Assembly: GCA_039908345.1 (NCBI GenBank) | Contig: JAMOBD010000001.1 | Coordinates: 129,712 to 193,711, forward strand | Source: Magnetospirillum sp. WYHS-4 | Lineage (GTDB): Bacteria > Pseudomonadota > Alphaproteobacteria > Rhodospirillales > GLO-3 | DNA: 64,000 nucleotides | Direction: 5' to 3' | In this document: positions 8,479-18,525 of the stretch, piece by piece | Position numbering within the stretch: the stretch's first letter is position 1 | How the letters are laid out: each line of letters opens with the position of its first letter | Position numbers and translations under genes: made by a program | The notes under the pieces: generated by a model | Seen by the model: the letters and a program-made list of their open reading frames with translations, nothing else | Told to the model about the DNA's origin: nothing | Database searches by the model: none

Positions 8479-9702
8479 TCAGCCGCGCAGGTCCTCTTCC
8501 GGATAAGCGCCGATATGGTGGTAGGAGAGGTCCGCGCCCTGGAATTCCTCTTCCTGAGACATGCGGATGCCGACCGTCGCCTTGAGCCCGCCGTAGACGA
8601 CGAAGCCCGCCACGCCGGCGATGGCAACCCCCAGCAGCGTTCCCGCCACCTGGGCGCCTAGCGATACCCCACCCATGCCGCCCAGGGCTTCCTGGCCGAA
8701 GACGCCGCAGGCGATGCCGCCCAGGGCGCCGCAAAAGCCGTGCAGCGGCCAGACGCCCAGCACGTCGTCGACCTTCCACTGCACCTGGCAGTGGTTGAAT
8801 CCCCAGACGAACAGCGCGCCGGCCGCGCCGCCGGTCAGCAAGGCGCCCACCGGATGCATGACGTCGGAGCCCGCGCAGACCGCAACCAAGCCGGCCAGGG
8901 CGCCGTTATGGACGAAACCGGGATCGTTGCGGCCCACCAGCAGGGCGGTCAGGATACCGCCCACCATGGCCATCAGGGAATTCAGCGCCACCAGGCCGGT
9001 GACCGCTTCGAGGGTCTGGGCACTCATCACGTTGAAGCCGAACCAGCCCACCGCCAGGATCCAGGAGCCCAGCGCCAGGAAGGGGATGTTGGACGGAGGA
9101 ATGCCGGCCACGGAGCCATCCTTGCGGTAACGCCCCATGCGGGCGCCCAGCATGAGGACGGCGCCGACCGCGACCCAACCGCCCATGGCATGGACCACCA
9201 CCGAACCGGCGAAGTCGTGGAAGGGAACGCCGAAGGTCTCCTTCATGAAATCCTGGAAGCCGAAACGGGTGCCCCAGACCATGCCCTCGAACAAGGGATA
9301 GACCAGGCCGACCAGAAGGGCGGTGGCGCCCAACTGGGGCCAGAAGCGGGCCCGTTCGGCGATTCCGCCCGAGATGATGGCCGGAATGGCCGCCGCGAAG
9401 GTCAGCAGGAAGAAGAACTTCACCAAGTCGTAGCCGCTCGCCTGGAACAGGGTGCCTTCCGCGCCGGCAAGGGTCTTGGCACCGGCCAAGAATCCCACGC
9501 CGTAGGCGATGGCGTAGCCGATGAAGAAATAGGCCAGGGTGGATACCGCGAAATCCACCAGGATCTTGATGAGGGCGTTGACTTGGTTCTTGCGCCGCAC
9601 CGTACCCGCCTCGAGGAAGGCGAATCCGGCGTGCATGGCCAGGACCATGACGGCCCCCATCAGTACGAACAGGACGTTCGCACCCGTCTTTACCGCTTCC
9701 AT
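8479..9702 (-). CDS. amt: Ammonium transporter (Amt family), second copy with no PII gene directly upstream of it
   Basis: MEAVKTGANVLFVLMGAVMVLAMHAGFAFLEAGTVRRKNQ..., and the conserved AGSVVVHAMGG and GFCGALGG. I chose the ATG at 9702, preceded by GGGAGAG. The track ORF starts at a GTG at 9720. Confidence 0.85.
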   Translation of the reverse strand: MEAVKTGANVLFVLMGAVMVLAMHAGFAFLEAGTVRRKNQVNALIKILVDFAVSTLAYFFIGYAIAYGVGFLAGAKTLAGAEGTLFQASGYDLVKFFFLLTFAAAIPAIISGGIAERARFWPQLGATALLVGLVYPLFEGMVWGTRFGFQDFMKETFGVPFHDFAGSVVVHAMGGWVAVGAVLMLGARMGRYRKDGSVAGIPPSNIPFLALGSWILAVGWFGFNVMSAQTLEAVTGLVALNSLMAMVGGILTALLVGRNDPGFVHNGALAGLVAVCAGSDVMHPVGALLTGGAAGALFVWGFNHCQVQWKVDDVLGVWPLHGFCGALGGIACGVFGQEALGGMGGVSLGAQVAGTLLGVAIAGVAGFVVYGGLKATVGIRMSQEEEFQGADLSYHHIGAYPEEDLRG

Positions 9703-9910
9703 GGAACTCTCTCCCGCCACTTTGTTGTAGGCTTGATGGCCGCGGACAGATCAAGTTCCGTGCCAGCCGCAAACCGGCGGATTCCCGTGAAGCCAGCGTG
9801 ACAAATGCACATTCGATCGGCAGCTTTGTCGATTCTGCAAAAAAATTGGGCTGGAAGGGGTTGCCTTCCAGCCCGAGGTGTGGCGGGGAGTCGCCAGGAG
9901 AGAGGGTAGG

Positions 9911-11223
9911 TTACTGCACGGTTTCGCCGTGCAGGCTGCTGTCGAGGCCGGCGACCTCGACTTCCTCGTCGACCCGGAGGCCCATGACGGCCTGCACGAT
10001 CTTGAGGATGACGAAGGTGGCGACGGCGCAGTAGACGACGGTGCCGACGATGCCTTCCAGCTGGATCAGGACTTGGCCGAAGTTGCCTTCCAGGGCCCCT
10101 TTGGTGTTGCCGATGGCTTCGACGGCGAAGACGCCGGTCAGCAGGGCGCCGACGATGCCGCCGATGCCGTGCACGCCGAAGGCGTCCAGGGAGTCGTCGT
10201 AGCCCAGCATGGGCTTGAGAACGACGGCGCCCCAATAGCAGACCACGCCGGCGGTCAGGCCGATGAGCAGGCCGCCCATGGGAGCGATGAAGCCGGACGC
10301 CGGGGTGACGGCCACCAAGCCGGCCACGGCGCCGGACACGATGCCCAGCACGCTGGGCTTGCCGCGCAGCGCCCATTCCACGATCATCCAGGACAGGGCG
10401 GCGGCGGCGGCGGCGATCTGGGTCACGGCCATGGCCATGCCGGCCGAACCGTTGGCCGCGGCGGCGGAGCCGGCATTGAAGCCGAACCAGCCCACCCACA
10501 GCAGCGAGGCACCGATGACGCTGAGCACCAGGTTGTGGGGCGCCATGTTCTCCATGCCGTAGTGGCGGCGCTTGCCGAGCACCAGGGCGGTCACCAGGCC
10601 GGCGACGCCGGCGTTGATGTGCACCACGGTACCGCCGGCGAAGTCGAGCACGCCGTCCTTGCTCATGAAGCCGCCGCCCCAGACCCAGTGGGCCACCGGG
10701 GCGTAGACGATCAGCATCCAGGCGCCCAGGAAGACCAGCATGGACGAGAACTTCATGCGGTCGGCGAAGGCCCCGGTGATGAGCGCCGGAGTGATGATGG
10801 CGAAGGTCATCTGGAAGGTCATGAAGACCGTTTCCGGGATGGTGCCGGTCAGGCCGTCCTTGGTCAACGAAGCCAGGAACATCTTGTCCAGGCCGCCGAT
10901 GAAGGCGTTCAGGCCGCCGCCGTCGCCGAAGGCCAGGGAGTAGCCGATAATCATCCAGAGCACCGTCATCAGGCAGGTGACGGCGAAGCTCTGCATCACG
11001 GTGGCCAGCACGTTCTTCTTGCGCACCATGCCCCCGTAGAAGAGGGCGAGACCCGGGATGGTCATCATCAGGACCAGGGCGGTGGAGGTGAGCATCCAGG
11101 CGGTGTCGCCGGAGTTCATCACGGGGGCGGGCTTGTCGTCCTCGGCGAAGGCAAGCGCGACGTTCGCCAAGGTCATCAAGGAAGCCAAGCCGGCCGTCTT
11201 GAAGTATCGGACATGATTGTGCA

Positions 11224-11224
<1 letters not shown>
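9911..11224 (-). CDS. amtB: Ammonium transporter AmtB with signal peptide
   Basis: MHNHVRYFKTAGLASLMTLANVALA followed by DTAWMLTSTALVLMMTIPGLALFYGGMVRKKN, FAGGTVVHINAGVAGL and VHGIGGIVGALLTG. The start overlaps the glnK stop (TGATG). Confidence 0.9.
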
Positions 11225-11580
<356 letters not shown>

Positions 11581-11669
11581 TTAGGATCCGGCGATCGCGG
11601 CCAGCGCCGCCCGCCGAGGGTTGACCGGAGCGCCCATCCCAGGGAAAGGCCCTCCGCTGGAAGGGGAGG

Positions 11670-11685
11670 TTCAAGAACCGTGCCG
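11670..11685 (-). promoter_or_regulatory. Sigma-54-like -24/-12 element upstream of glnK
   Basis: The minus strand reads CGGCACGGTTCTTGAA against consensus TGGCAC-N5-TTGCW. The GG and spacing are correct but -12 is GA instead of GC. It lies about 110 nt upstream of the glnK ATG. Confidence 0.35.
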
Positions 11686-11713
11686 AAATTCGCTAACAGT
11701 TGATCAGCGGGTA

Positions 11714-11808
11714 ATAACAATATGTTATAACGCGACATTAATGGCATGAGTGAACAATGGGCCCAGGGCACGTCGCCTAATATTTAGGCGTTATCATATA
11801 TATGCATA
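11714..11808. promoter_or_regulatory. AT-rich block with three palindromes in the glnK / epimerase divergent region
   Basis: ATAACAataTGTTAT (11714-11728), CGCCTAAtatTTAGGCG (11774-11790, perfect 7-3-7 dyad) and TATGCATA (11801-11808), inside an AT-rich stretch of roughly 110 bp in an otherwise GC-rich genome. Confidence 0.4.
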
Positions 11809-12044
11809 ATATTTGGCCTATTCATGGCGGGTGCGATGAGCCGAGCCCGAGGAGGCCCGTGCCCAGGTGTCGGAGCCGACCGGCATCGCCCGGTGAGCCA
11901 TGCCAGTCGGGGAACCGTCTTCGGGACAGGTTGTTCTCCGACGACAAATGGCACATTATCGGCCTTCCGAATCGGAAACGGGCTCCGGGTCGGGCAATGC
12001 GCTCATGAAAATCCGGCCGATGGTTGGTCGGCGACAGGGACGAC

Positions 12045-12965
12045 ATGGCAAGATATACGGTCACCGGTGGCGCCGGCTTCATCGGCTCCCATCTCTGCGA
12101 CGCCCTGCTGGACAAGGGTCACGAGGTTGTCGTGCTGGACGATCTCTCGGGAGGGAAGCGCGAAAATCTTCCCGCCGGAGCGAAGCTGCTGGTCGGCGAT
12201 GCCGCGGATCCGGGGGCGGTGGCGGAAGCCCTTTCCGGTGCCCAGGGATGTTTCCATTTGGCCGCCATCGCCTCGGTCGCGCGTTCGATCGCCGAGTGGC
12301 TTCCGACGCATCGTGCCAATCAGACGGCAACGGTCGCCGTTCTGGACAGGGCGGCAAAGCAAGGCCGGATTCCTGTCGTCTTTGCCTCGTCCGCCGCCGT
12401 ATACGGGCACGGCAACACTATGCCCCTATCCGAAGGCGCGCCGACTTTTCCATTGACCGCCTATGGCGCCGACAAGCTAGGTTCGGAGCTCCATGCCAGC
12501 GTCGCCTGGACCGTTCATCGTGTTCCGACCGTCGGGCTGCGCTTTTTCAATGTCTACGGTCCCCGGCAGGATCCCAGCTCCCCTTATTCGGGGGTCGTTT
12601 CCATCTTCGTTGATCGGCTGAAGCGGGGCGAAGCGTTGGAAATCCACGGCGACGGGTCGCAAGTGCGGGATTTCGTGTTCGTGAACGATGTCGTCGCCCA
12701 CTTGGAAACGGCGATGGACAACTGCCGCGAGGGCGCGCGAATCTACAACGTTTGCACCGGAACCCCCACCACCATCCTGGGGCTGGCGGACATTATGGCG
12801 GACATCCTGGGTGTCCGGCCGGACGTCGCCATGGGACCGGAACGTCCGGGCGATATCCGGAAGTCGCTGGGGGACCCGTCCTTGGCGCGCGCTTGGTTTG
12901 GCCTATCGGCGGCCACCGGGCTTCGGGAGGGACTCAGCCGCCTTCTCGCGGCGATACCGGAATAG
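12045..12965 (+). CDS. NAD-dependent sugar-nucleotide epimerase/dehydratase (SDR family)
   Basis: Rossmann motif VTGGAGFIGSHLCDALL and the catalytic YGADK. The start at 12045 (MARYTV) is preferred over the upstream ATG at 12024. Confidence 0.8.
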   Translation: MARYTVTGGAGFIGSHLCDALLDKGHEVVVLDDLSGGKRENLPAGAKLLVGDAADPGAVAEALSGAQGCFHLAAIASVARSIAEWLPTHRANQTATVAVLDRAAKQGRIPVVFASSAAVYGHGNTMPLSEGAPTFPLTAYGADKLGSELHASVAWTVHRVPTVGLRFFNVYGPRQDPSSPYSGVVSIFVDRLKRGEALEIHGDGSQVRDFVFVNDVVAHLETAMDNCREGARIYNVCTGTPTTILGLADIMADILGVRPDVAMGPERPGDIRKSLGDPSLARAWFGLSAATGLREGLSRLLAAIPE

Positions 12966-12970
12966 TCTCC

Positions 12971-15900
12971 TCATCCCACCGTCGGCGGCGCCTCGACCAG
13001 GGCGCGAAGTTGGCGGCTGGCGACGGCGATCTGGGCGGAGTCGTTGAGGTCGGTGGCCCAGATCTCCGACAGCAGGGTCTCGGTGCGTTCGATCAGCACG
13101 CGGTTGCGCTCGATCCAGGCCTTCAGGGCCGGGCCCGTGCGGGTCTCCGGCCCGGCGCAGTCGAGTACCTGGGCGGTGAGCGCGATCTGATGGCCGTAGA
13201 TTTCCTCGATCATCGCTGCCACCGCCAATCGCTGCCAGTGAGTGGTGGCCGGCAGGGCCTCGGCCGAAGCCCGCAGGTTGCCCAGCCGGAACCGCGCCCC
13301 CATGGCGAAGTAGAGCCGCGCCACGTCGGGAACCTTCCGTCCCCGCGCCGCGGCCAAGCGCACGATGTCGCCGCCGGGGATCAGGTTGACCAATCCGGCG
13401 ACGCGCAGCGCCAGGGCCTCGGGCACGCCCTCGGCGACCAGGGGTTGGGCGCGCTCTTGCAGATCGTCCAGGTAATGGACTGGCAGGACTTCCTCCAAGG
13501 CTTCGGCCAGGGCCTGGATGCCGGCCCGGTAGGCAGCCACATGGCGTCCGATATCGAGAGGCCGCGAACCGTGGCGCAGGAACCAAAGGGTCGTCCGTTC
13601 CAGCAACGCGTCGATTCGGCCCAGCATGGCGGTCTGGACGGTGGCGGGCACCTGCCCGTCGAGGGCCTCGATCTCCTCCCAGAGCCGGTCCAGACCAAAG
13701 ACCCGCTGGGCGATGGTGAAGGCGCGGGCGATATCGCTGGGCGTCATGCCCGTGCGTTCCATAAGGCGCAGCACGAAGGCCCCGCCCACGCGGTCGATCA
13801 GGTCGTTGGTCACTCGGGTGGCGACGATCTCGCGGCGCAGGCGGTGGCCCTCGATCTCCTTGCGCAGCTTGCGGCGCAGGGGATGGGGGAAGTACTCGAC
13901 CAAGTCCTGGGCAAGTTCCGGATCGTCCGGCAGAGGCGAGATCAGCAATTCGTCGAACAGCCAGATCTTGGCGTAGGAAACCAGGATGCCGATCTCGGGC
14001 CGCGTCAGGCCTTGGCGGATGGCCGCCCTTTCCGCCAGGGCCTCGTCGCCGGGCAGGAACTCGACACGGCGGTCCAGCCGTCCCGACTTCTCCAGCCGCC
14101 GCATCAGGCGGGCCTGGTCCTCCAGTCCCTCGACCCCGCCTGCCTCCAACAGCGAGATGGCCTGGCTCTGGCGATAGTTGTCGCGCATCACCAGGGCGCC
14201 CACCTCGTCGGTCATCCGGACCAGCAGGGCGTTGCGCCGCCTTTCCGTCAAGTTGCCGGCCGCCACCGAGGCGTCCAGCAGGATCTTGATGTTGACCTCA
14301 TGGTCCGAACAGTCGACCCCGCCGGAATTGTCGACGAAGTCGGCATTCAATCGCCCGCCCTTCAAGGCGTACTCGATGCGACCTCGCTGGGTGAAGCCGA
14401 GGTTGGCGCCCTCGCCTACCACGCGGGCCCTGACTTCGGCACCGTCGACGCGTAGCCCGTCGTTGGCCTTGTCGCCGACGTCGGCATGGGTCTCCGCCGA
14501 AGCTTTGACGTAGGTCCCGATGCCGCCGAACCACAGCAGATCCACCGGCGCCCGCAGGAGGACCTTGATGAGGTCGTTGGGTGCCAGGCGGTCGGACTTG
14601 ATGCCGAAGGCGGCCTTGATTTCGGGGGAAAGGACGATGGTCTTGGCCTTGCGGTCGAAAACCCCGCCGCCCTTGGAGATGAGCTTGGCGTCGAAATCCA
14701 TCCAGGAGGACCGGGGCAGGGCGAAAAGCCGTTTTCGCTCCACAAGGGTGGCCACCGGATCGGGGGCTGGATCGACAAAGATGTGGCGATGGTCGAAGGC
14801 GGCCAAAAGCCGGATGTGTGGCGACAGCAGCATGCCGTTGCCGAACACGTCCCCCGACATGTCGCCCACCCCCACCACCGTGAAGTCCTGGGTCTGGATG
14901 TCCAAATCCAGTTCGCGGAAATGGCGTTTGACGCATTCCCAGGCGCCCTTGGCGGTGATGCCCATCTTCTTGTGGTCGTAGCCCCGGCTGCCGCCCGAGG
15001 CGAAGGCGTCGCCCAGCCAGAAGCCGTATTCGGCCGAGATGGCGTTGGCGATGTCGGAGAACGTCGCCGTGCCCTTGTCCGCGGCCACCACCAGGTAGGG
15101 ATCGTCGCCGTCGCGCCGCACCACCGCCGGGGGCGGTACGACGCCATCGCCCTTCAGGTTGTCGGTAAGGTCGAGCAAACCCCGCACGAAAGTCCGGTAG
15201 CAAGCGATGCCCTCGGCCAGAAAAGCGTCGCGGTCTCCGGCCGGCGGCGGTCGCTTGACGACGAAGCCGCCCTTGGACCCCACCGGCACGATGATGGCGT
15301 TCTTGACCACCTGGGCCTTGACCAAGCCCAGAACCTCGGTGCGGAAGTCTTCGCGCCGGTCCGACCACCGCAGGCCACCCCGCGCCACCTTGCCGAAGCG
15401 CAGATGCACCCCTTCGACACGGGGGCTATAGACGAAGATTTCCACCAGCGGGCGTGGCAAGGGCAGGTCGTCGAGCTTACGGCTGTCCAGCTTGCAGGAT
15501 AGCCATGGCTTGGGCCCGCCGTCCGGTCCGGTCTGGAAGAAATTGGTGCGCAACGTGCTGGTCACGGCGTTGAGGAACCGGCGCAGGATGCGGTCCTCGT
15601 CGGCGCTGGCGATGGATTCCAGGGCGGTGGCGATTTCGCCTTCCAGACGCCCCGCCCCATCCCCGGCCGCCGGATCGAACAAGGCAAGGAACAAGTCGAC
15701 CAGCTTGCGGACGATGCCGGCATGGCGGACCAGGGTGGCTTCCATGTAGGCGGAGGAAAAGGCGATGCCGGCTTGGCGCAGGAAGCGGCTGTAGGCGCGC
15801 AGCACTCCGACCTCGCGCCAGGCGAGGCCGGCCTTCAGCACCAGGGCGTTGAAGCCGTCGCTTTCCATGTCGCCGAACCAGACGCGCCGGAAGGCCTCCT

Positions 15901-17674
15901 GGAACAAGTCGCGCGCGCCACCCAGGTCGATGGCCGCGCCGTCCCGGCTTTCCAGGCCGAAGTCGTGAATCATCACCTGGCGACCGCCGTCCTCTTCGGG
16001 CGTCGCCCGGAAGGGAATCTCGTCCAGGACCCGGAAGCCCATGTGTTCGAGCATCGGGAGCACGTCGGACAGCGCGATGGGATCGCCCAGTTGGTAGACC
16101 TTGAGGCGTACCTGATGCCCGCCGGCCTCGGGAGGGCGATAGAGGTTCATTCCCAGCCCGCCCCGGGTCAGGATATCCTCGATGCGCTCGATATCGCCCA
16201 CCGCCACCTCGGCGGCGAAGCGTTCGCAGTAGCCGGAACGGAAGGCCCGTCGGTAGCGTCGGACGAGCCGCAGCCCCTCCTGTTCGCCATGCGCCGCCAC
16301 CAGGGCCTCGCGCAGGACGTCGGTCCAGGAGCGGGCGATCTCGACGATGCGTACTTCCACCGCGCGCGGGTCGCAGGCCGGCGCTTGGCTCGGCGGGGTG
16401 GCGATCAGCACCTGCAGGCGGGCCAGGGGCGAATCGCCCAGTTGGGTGTAGTAGGTAAGGGTGGGCCCGCCGAAGGCCGTTTCGAGGATATCCTGGATGC
16501 GGCGGCGCAGGTCGGTGGTGAAGGTGTCGCGCGGCAGGTAGACCAGGCAGGAGACGAAGCGTTCGAAATCGTCGCGGCGGACGAACAGCGCCACCCGAGG
16601 CCTTTCCTGCAAATGCTTGATACCCAGCGCCGTGTGGAGCAGATGGTCCTCCGCTGCCTGGAACAACTCGTCGCGGGGGTAGGTCTCCAGGATATTGAGC
16701 AGCACCCGTCCGTCGTGGGAATCGGAGCGGAATCCGGCCGCCTCCAGGACGCGCCGCACCTTCCGCCGCAGCAAGGGAATATCCATGACGCTGAGATTGT
16801 AGGCGGTGGCGGTGAACAGGCCGACGAACAGTCTCGGGCCGCCTTCCCCGTTCCGCTTGACCGCCAGGGCATCCATGAAGACGGAGCGCCGCACCGTGGA
16901 CGGCCGGCTGGTCTTGGTTACCGATAGCCTACCCGGCCGGGCGGCGAGAACCGTGGCCTCGTCGATCTCGCCGAACAGACGGCGCGCCGGGTCGCGCAGC
17001 AGCCCCAGGCCGGAAATGGCCCGCCCCGCCGCGTCGTAGTCCCGGCACCCCAGGAAGGTGAAGTTGTCGGCATGAAGCCATTCGAGGAACTCGCGAGCCT
17101 CGTTGTCCTCGGGGCCGCGGGCGGCCGCGAGGTCTTGCAGGGTTTCAGCCAGGCGCTCGCGTCCCGGCCGCCAGTCCTCGACGGCGGCCCGCACGTCGTC
17201 CAGGACCGACGCCACCCCGGCCCGGATCGCCTCCAGCCGGTCGGCCGGCTGGCCGGTAACGCGGAAATGCATGTAGGACACGGGGCCCAGCACGGGATGG
17301 ACCAGCAGATGGACCGCCAGTTCGCGCCGGGCCAATTCCGCTCCAACCGATTCCACCAGAAACCGCATGTCGTCGGTCACCACGTCGACGACCGTCAGGT
17401 CGGACTTCCAGCCCTGCTCGTCCGAAGTGGGATTGTAGACCCGTACCCGGCAGGTTCCGGTCGGTCGGTCGACCCCCAGTTTCCAGTGGGCGAGCGCGGC
17501 GCCGAACAGGCTCTCCGGCGATTGGCCGGCGATGTCCTCCCAAGGGGTGAACTCGTGGTAACGCCTCAGGAATTCCTCGAAGTCGGGTACCTGCTCCGGT
17601 CGCAGGCGGCGGCGCGCCGCTTCGGCCAGACGCAAGACGAGTTCCGCCTTGCGGGCGTGGTTAGGAACCTCCAC
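12971..17674 (-). CDS. gdhB: Large NAD-specific glutamate dehydrogenase (about 1,570 aa, GdhB/Bac_GDH type)
   Basis: 1567-aa ORF. It carries GGLRWSDRREDFRTEVLGLVKAQVVKNAIIVPVGSKGGFV and GDMSGDVFGNGML, typical of the 180-kDa class of NAD-GDH. Confidence 0.9.
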   Translation of the reverse strand: MEVPNHARKAELVLRLAEAARRRLRPEQVPDFEEFLRRYHEFTPWEDIAGQSPESLFGAALAHWKLGVDRPTGTCRVRVYNPTSDEQGWKSDLTVVDVVTDDMRFLVESVGAELARRELAVHLLVHPVLGPVSYMHFRVTGQPADRLEAIRAGVASVLDDVRAAVEDWRPGRERLAETLQDLAAARGPEDNEAREFLEWLHADNFTFLGCRDYDAAGRAISGLGLLRDPARRLFGEIDEATVLAARPGRLSVTKTSRPSTVRRSVFMDALAVKRNGEGGPRLFVGLFTATAYNLSVMDIPLLRRKVRRVLEAAGFRSDSHDGRVLLNILETYPRDELFQAAEDHLLHTALGIKHLQERPRVALFVRRDDFERFVSCLVYLPRDTFTTDLRRRIQDILETAFGGPTLTYYTQLGDSPLARLQVLIATPPSQAPACDPRAVEVRIVEIARSWTDVLREALVAAHGEQEGLRLVRRYRRAFRSGYCERFAAEVAVGDIERIEDILTRGGLGMNLYRPPEAGGHQVRLKVYQLGDPIALSDVLPMLEHMGFRVLDEIPFRATPEEDGGRQVMIHDFGLESRDGAAIDLGGARDLFQEAFRRVWFGDMESDGFNALVLKAGLAWREVGVLRAYSRFLRQAGIAFSSAYMEATLVRHAGIVRKLVDLFLALFDPAAGDGAGRLEGEIATALESIASADEDRILRRFLNAVTSTLRTNFFQTGPDGGPKPWLSCKLDSRKLDDLPLPRPLVEIFVYSPRVEGVHLRFGKVARGGLRWSDRREDFRTEVLGLVKAQVVKNAIIVPVGSKGGFVVKRPPPAGDRDAFLAEGIACYRTFVRGLLDLTDNLKGDGVVPPPAVVRRDGDDPYLVVAADKGTATFSDIANAISAEYGFWLGDAFASGGSRGYDHKKMGITAKGAWECVKRHFRELDLDIQTQDFTVVGVGDMSGDVFGNGMLLSPHIRLLAAFDHRHIFVDPAPDPVATLVERKRLFALPRSSWMDFDAKLISKGGGVFDRKAKTIVLSPEIKAAFGIKSDRLAPNDLIKVLLRAPVDLLWFGGIGTYVKASAETHADVGDKANDGLRVDGAEVRARVVGEGANLGFTQRGRIEYALKGGRLNADFVDNSGGVDCSDHEVNIKILLDASVAAGNLTERRRNALLVRMTDEVGALVMRDNYRQSQAISLLEAGGVEGLEDQARLMRRLEKSGRLDRRVEFLPGDEALAERAAIRQGLTRPEIGILVSYAKIWLFDELLISPLPDDPELAQDLVEYFPHPLRRKLRKEIEGHRLRREIVATRVTNDLIDRVGGAFVLRLMERTGMTPSDIARAFTIAQRVFGLDRLWEEIEALDGQVPATVQTAMLGRIDALLERTTLWFLRHGSRPLDIGRHVAAYRAGIQALAEALEEVLPVHYLDDLQERAQPLVAEGVPEALALRVAGLVNLIPGGDIVRLAAARGRKVPDVARLYFAMGARFRLGNLRASAEALPATTHWQRLAVAAMIEEIYGHQIALTAQVLDCAGPETRTGPALKAWIERNRVLIERTETLLSEIWATDLNDSAQIAVASRQLRALVEAPPTVG

Positions 17675-17704
17675 GTCTGTCCCCCATTTCCAGACCCCAT
17701 GTGC

Positions 17705-17727
17705 CTAGAATCACATTTTGATTCTAG
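17705..17727. promoter_or_regulatory. Perfect 9-5-9 inverted repeat, candidate operator in the gdhB upstream region
   Basis: CTAGAATCAcatttTGATTCTAG, about 31 bp upstream of the gdhB start codon (17674). Confidence 0.45.
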
Positions 17728-17871
17728 TGCATTCAGGGCAAAATACAAATCGGTTCGAAGGATTTTTTTGAGGCGAGCCACGACTTAAGGATGGGCAAGC
17801 GGACGGCTTGCGGCTACACTGCCGCGGGGAAGCCGCCCGAAACCAAGAAGCGGGGCGTGGGAGGTATCAGG

Positions 17872-18237
17872 ATGGGTCACGAAGATACGATTTCGCAGGT
17901 TCTGCACGCCAACTGGCTGTTCGCTAGGTTGCCACCCTGGGTCATCGACACCATGACCAGCGAACAGAAGGAAGCCATCCACAGCGCCATCCTGGATTCC
18001 GCGACGGTACCGCCGCCGGTCAACATCCGCATGACCTTGCCGGTTCTCTCCCACCGGTACTACGTCACGGTCCTGGCCGGCGAGGAAAAGCGCAGCTTCA
18101 CCCGCCTCACGCACGAACGGCACCGTTATCCCCTGCGCACCGTGGCCAACGTGTTCTTCTTCATCGGTTTGGCGACGCTGTTCTACATGGTCGCCCTGAT
18201 CGGCCTTGCCGTCCACAGCGCCATCCTGGAATTCTGA
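17872..18237 (+). CDS. Hypothetical small membrane protein
   Basis: The ATG at 17872 is preceded by GGGAGG. The C-terminal hydrophobic helix is VANVFFFIGLATLFYMVALIGLAV. I do not recognise a family. Confidence 0.5.
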   Translation: MGHEDTISQVLHANWLFARLPPWVIDTMTSEQKEAIHSAILDSATVPPPVNIRMTLPVLSHRYYVTVLAGEEKRSFTRLTHERHRYPLRTVANVFFFIGLATLFYMVALIGLAVHSAILEF

Positions 18238-18263
18238 TCGGCCGATTGCGCCCCAAAGACGAA

Positions 18264-18285
18264 AGGCCGGGCTTGAGCCCGGCCT
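18264..18285. terminator. Hairpin terminator, bidirectional geometry; best fit for tRNA-Gly on the minus strand
   Basis: AGGCCGGGC-ttga-GCCCGGCCT. On the minus strand the stem is followed by TTTCGTCTTTGG. Confidence 0.6.
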
Positions 18286-18318
18286 ATCTCGTATCCCTTT
18301 GGGGTCAAAGGGAGAAAA

Positions 18319-18393
18319 TGGAGCGGGCGATGAGATTCGAACTCACGACATCAACCTTGGCAAGGTTGCGCTCTACCCCTGAGCTACGCCCGC
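18319..18393 (-). tRNA. tRNA-Gly (anticodon GCC), CCA encoded
   Basis: The reverse complement GCGGGCGTAGCTCAGGGGTAGAGCGCAACCTTGCCAAGGTTGATGTCGTGAGTTCGAATCTCATCGCCCGCTCCA folds by hand into a cloverleaf: 7-bp acceptor stem, GCTC/GAGC D stem, CAACC/GGTTG anticodon stem, loop TTGCCAA. Confidence 0.95.
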
Positions 18394-18406
18394 TCGGAGG
18401 ACGCGG

Positions 18407-18434
18407 ATAATAAGGAAAGCGGCGTCCGACGCAA
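18407..18434 (-). promoter_or_regulatory. Sigma-70-like promoter for tRNA-Gly
   Basis: The minus strand reads TTGCGT, then a 16-nt spacer, then TATTAT. It ends about 13 nt before the mature tRNA 5' end. Confidence 0.4.
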
Positions 18435-18525
18435 GCCCCTTTTTGATGTTTGCCGCAGGACTTGCGGGATGGGACGGAACCGGCCATCTTCTGAGGGAGA
18501 TGAGCGGCGAAGGGGCGAGACGGCG

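Noticed and set aside
11802-12115. Short ORFs (68 aa + and 97 aa -) in the AT-rich glnK/epimerase intergenic region
   Set aside because: They overlap each other and the palindrome-rich regulatory block, lack ribosome-binding sites and have atypical composition.
17872-18393. tRNA-Gly as an integration site for a genomic island
   Set aside because: There is no integrase, no direct repeat of the tRNA 3' end and no phage or transposon genes. The only neighbour is a single small membrane-protein gene, followed by core genes.
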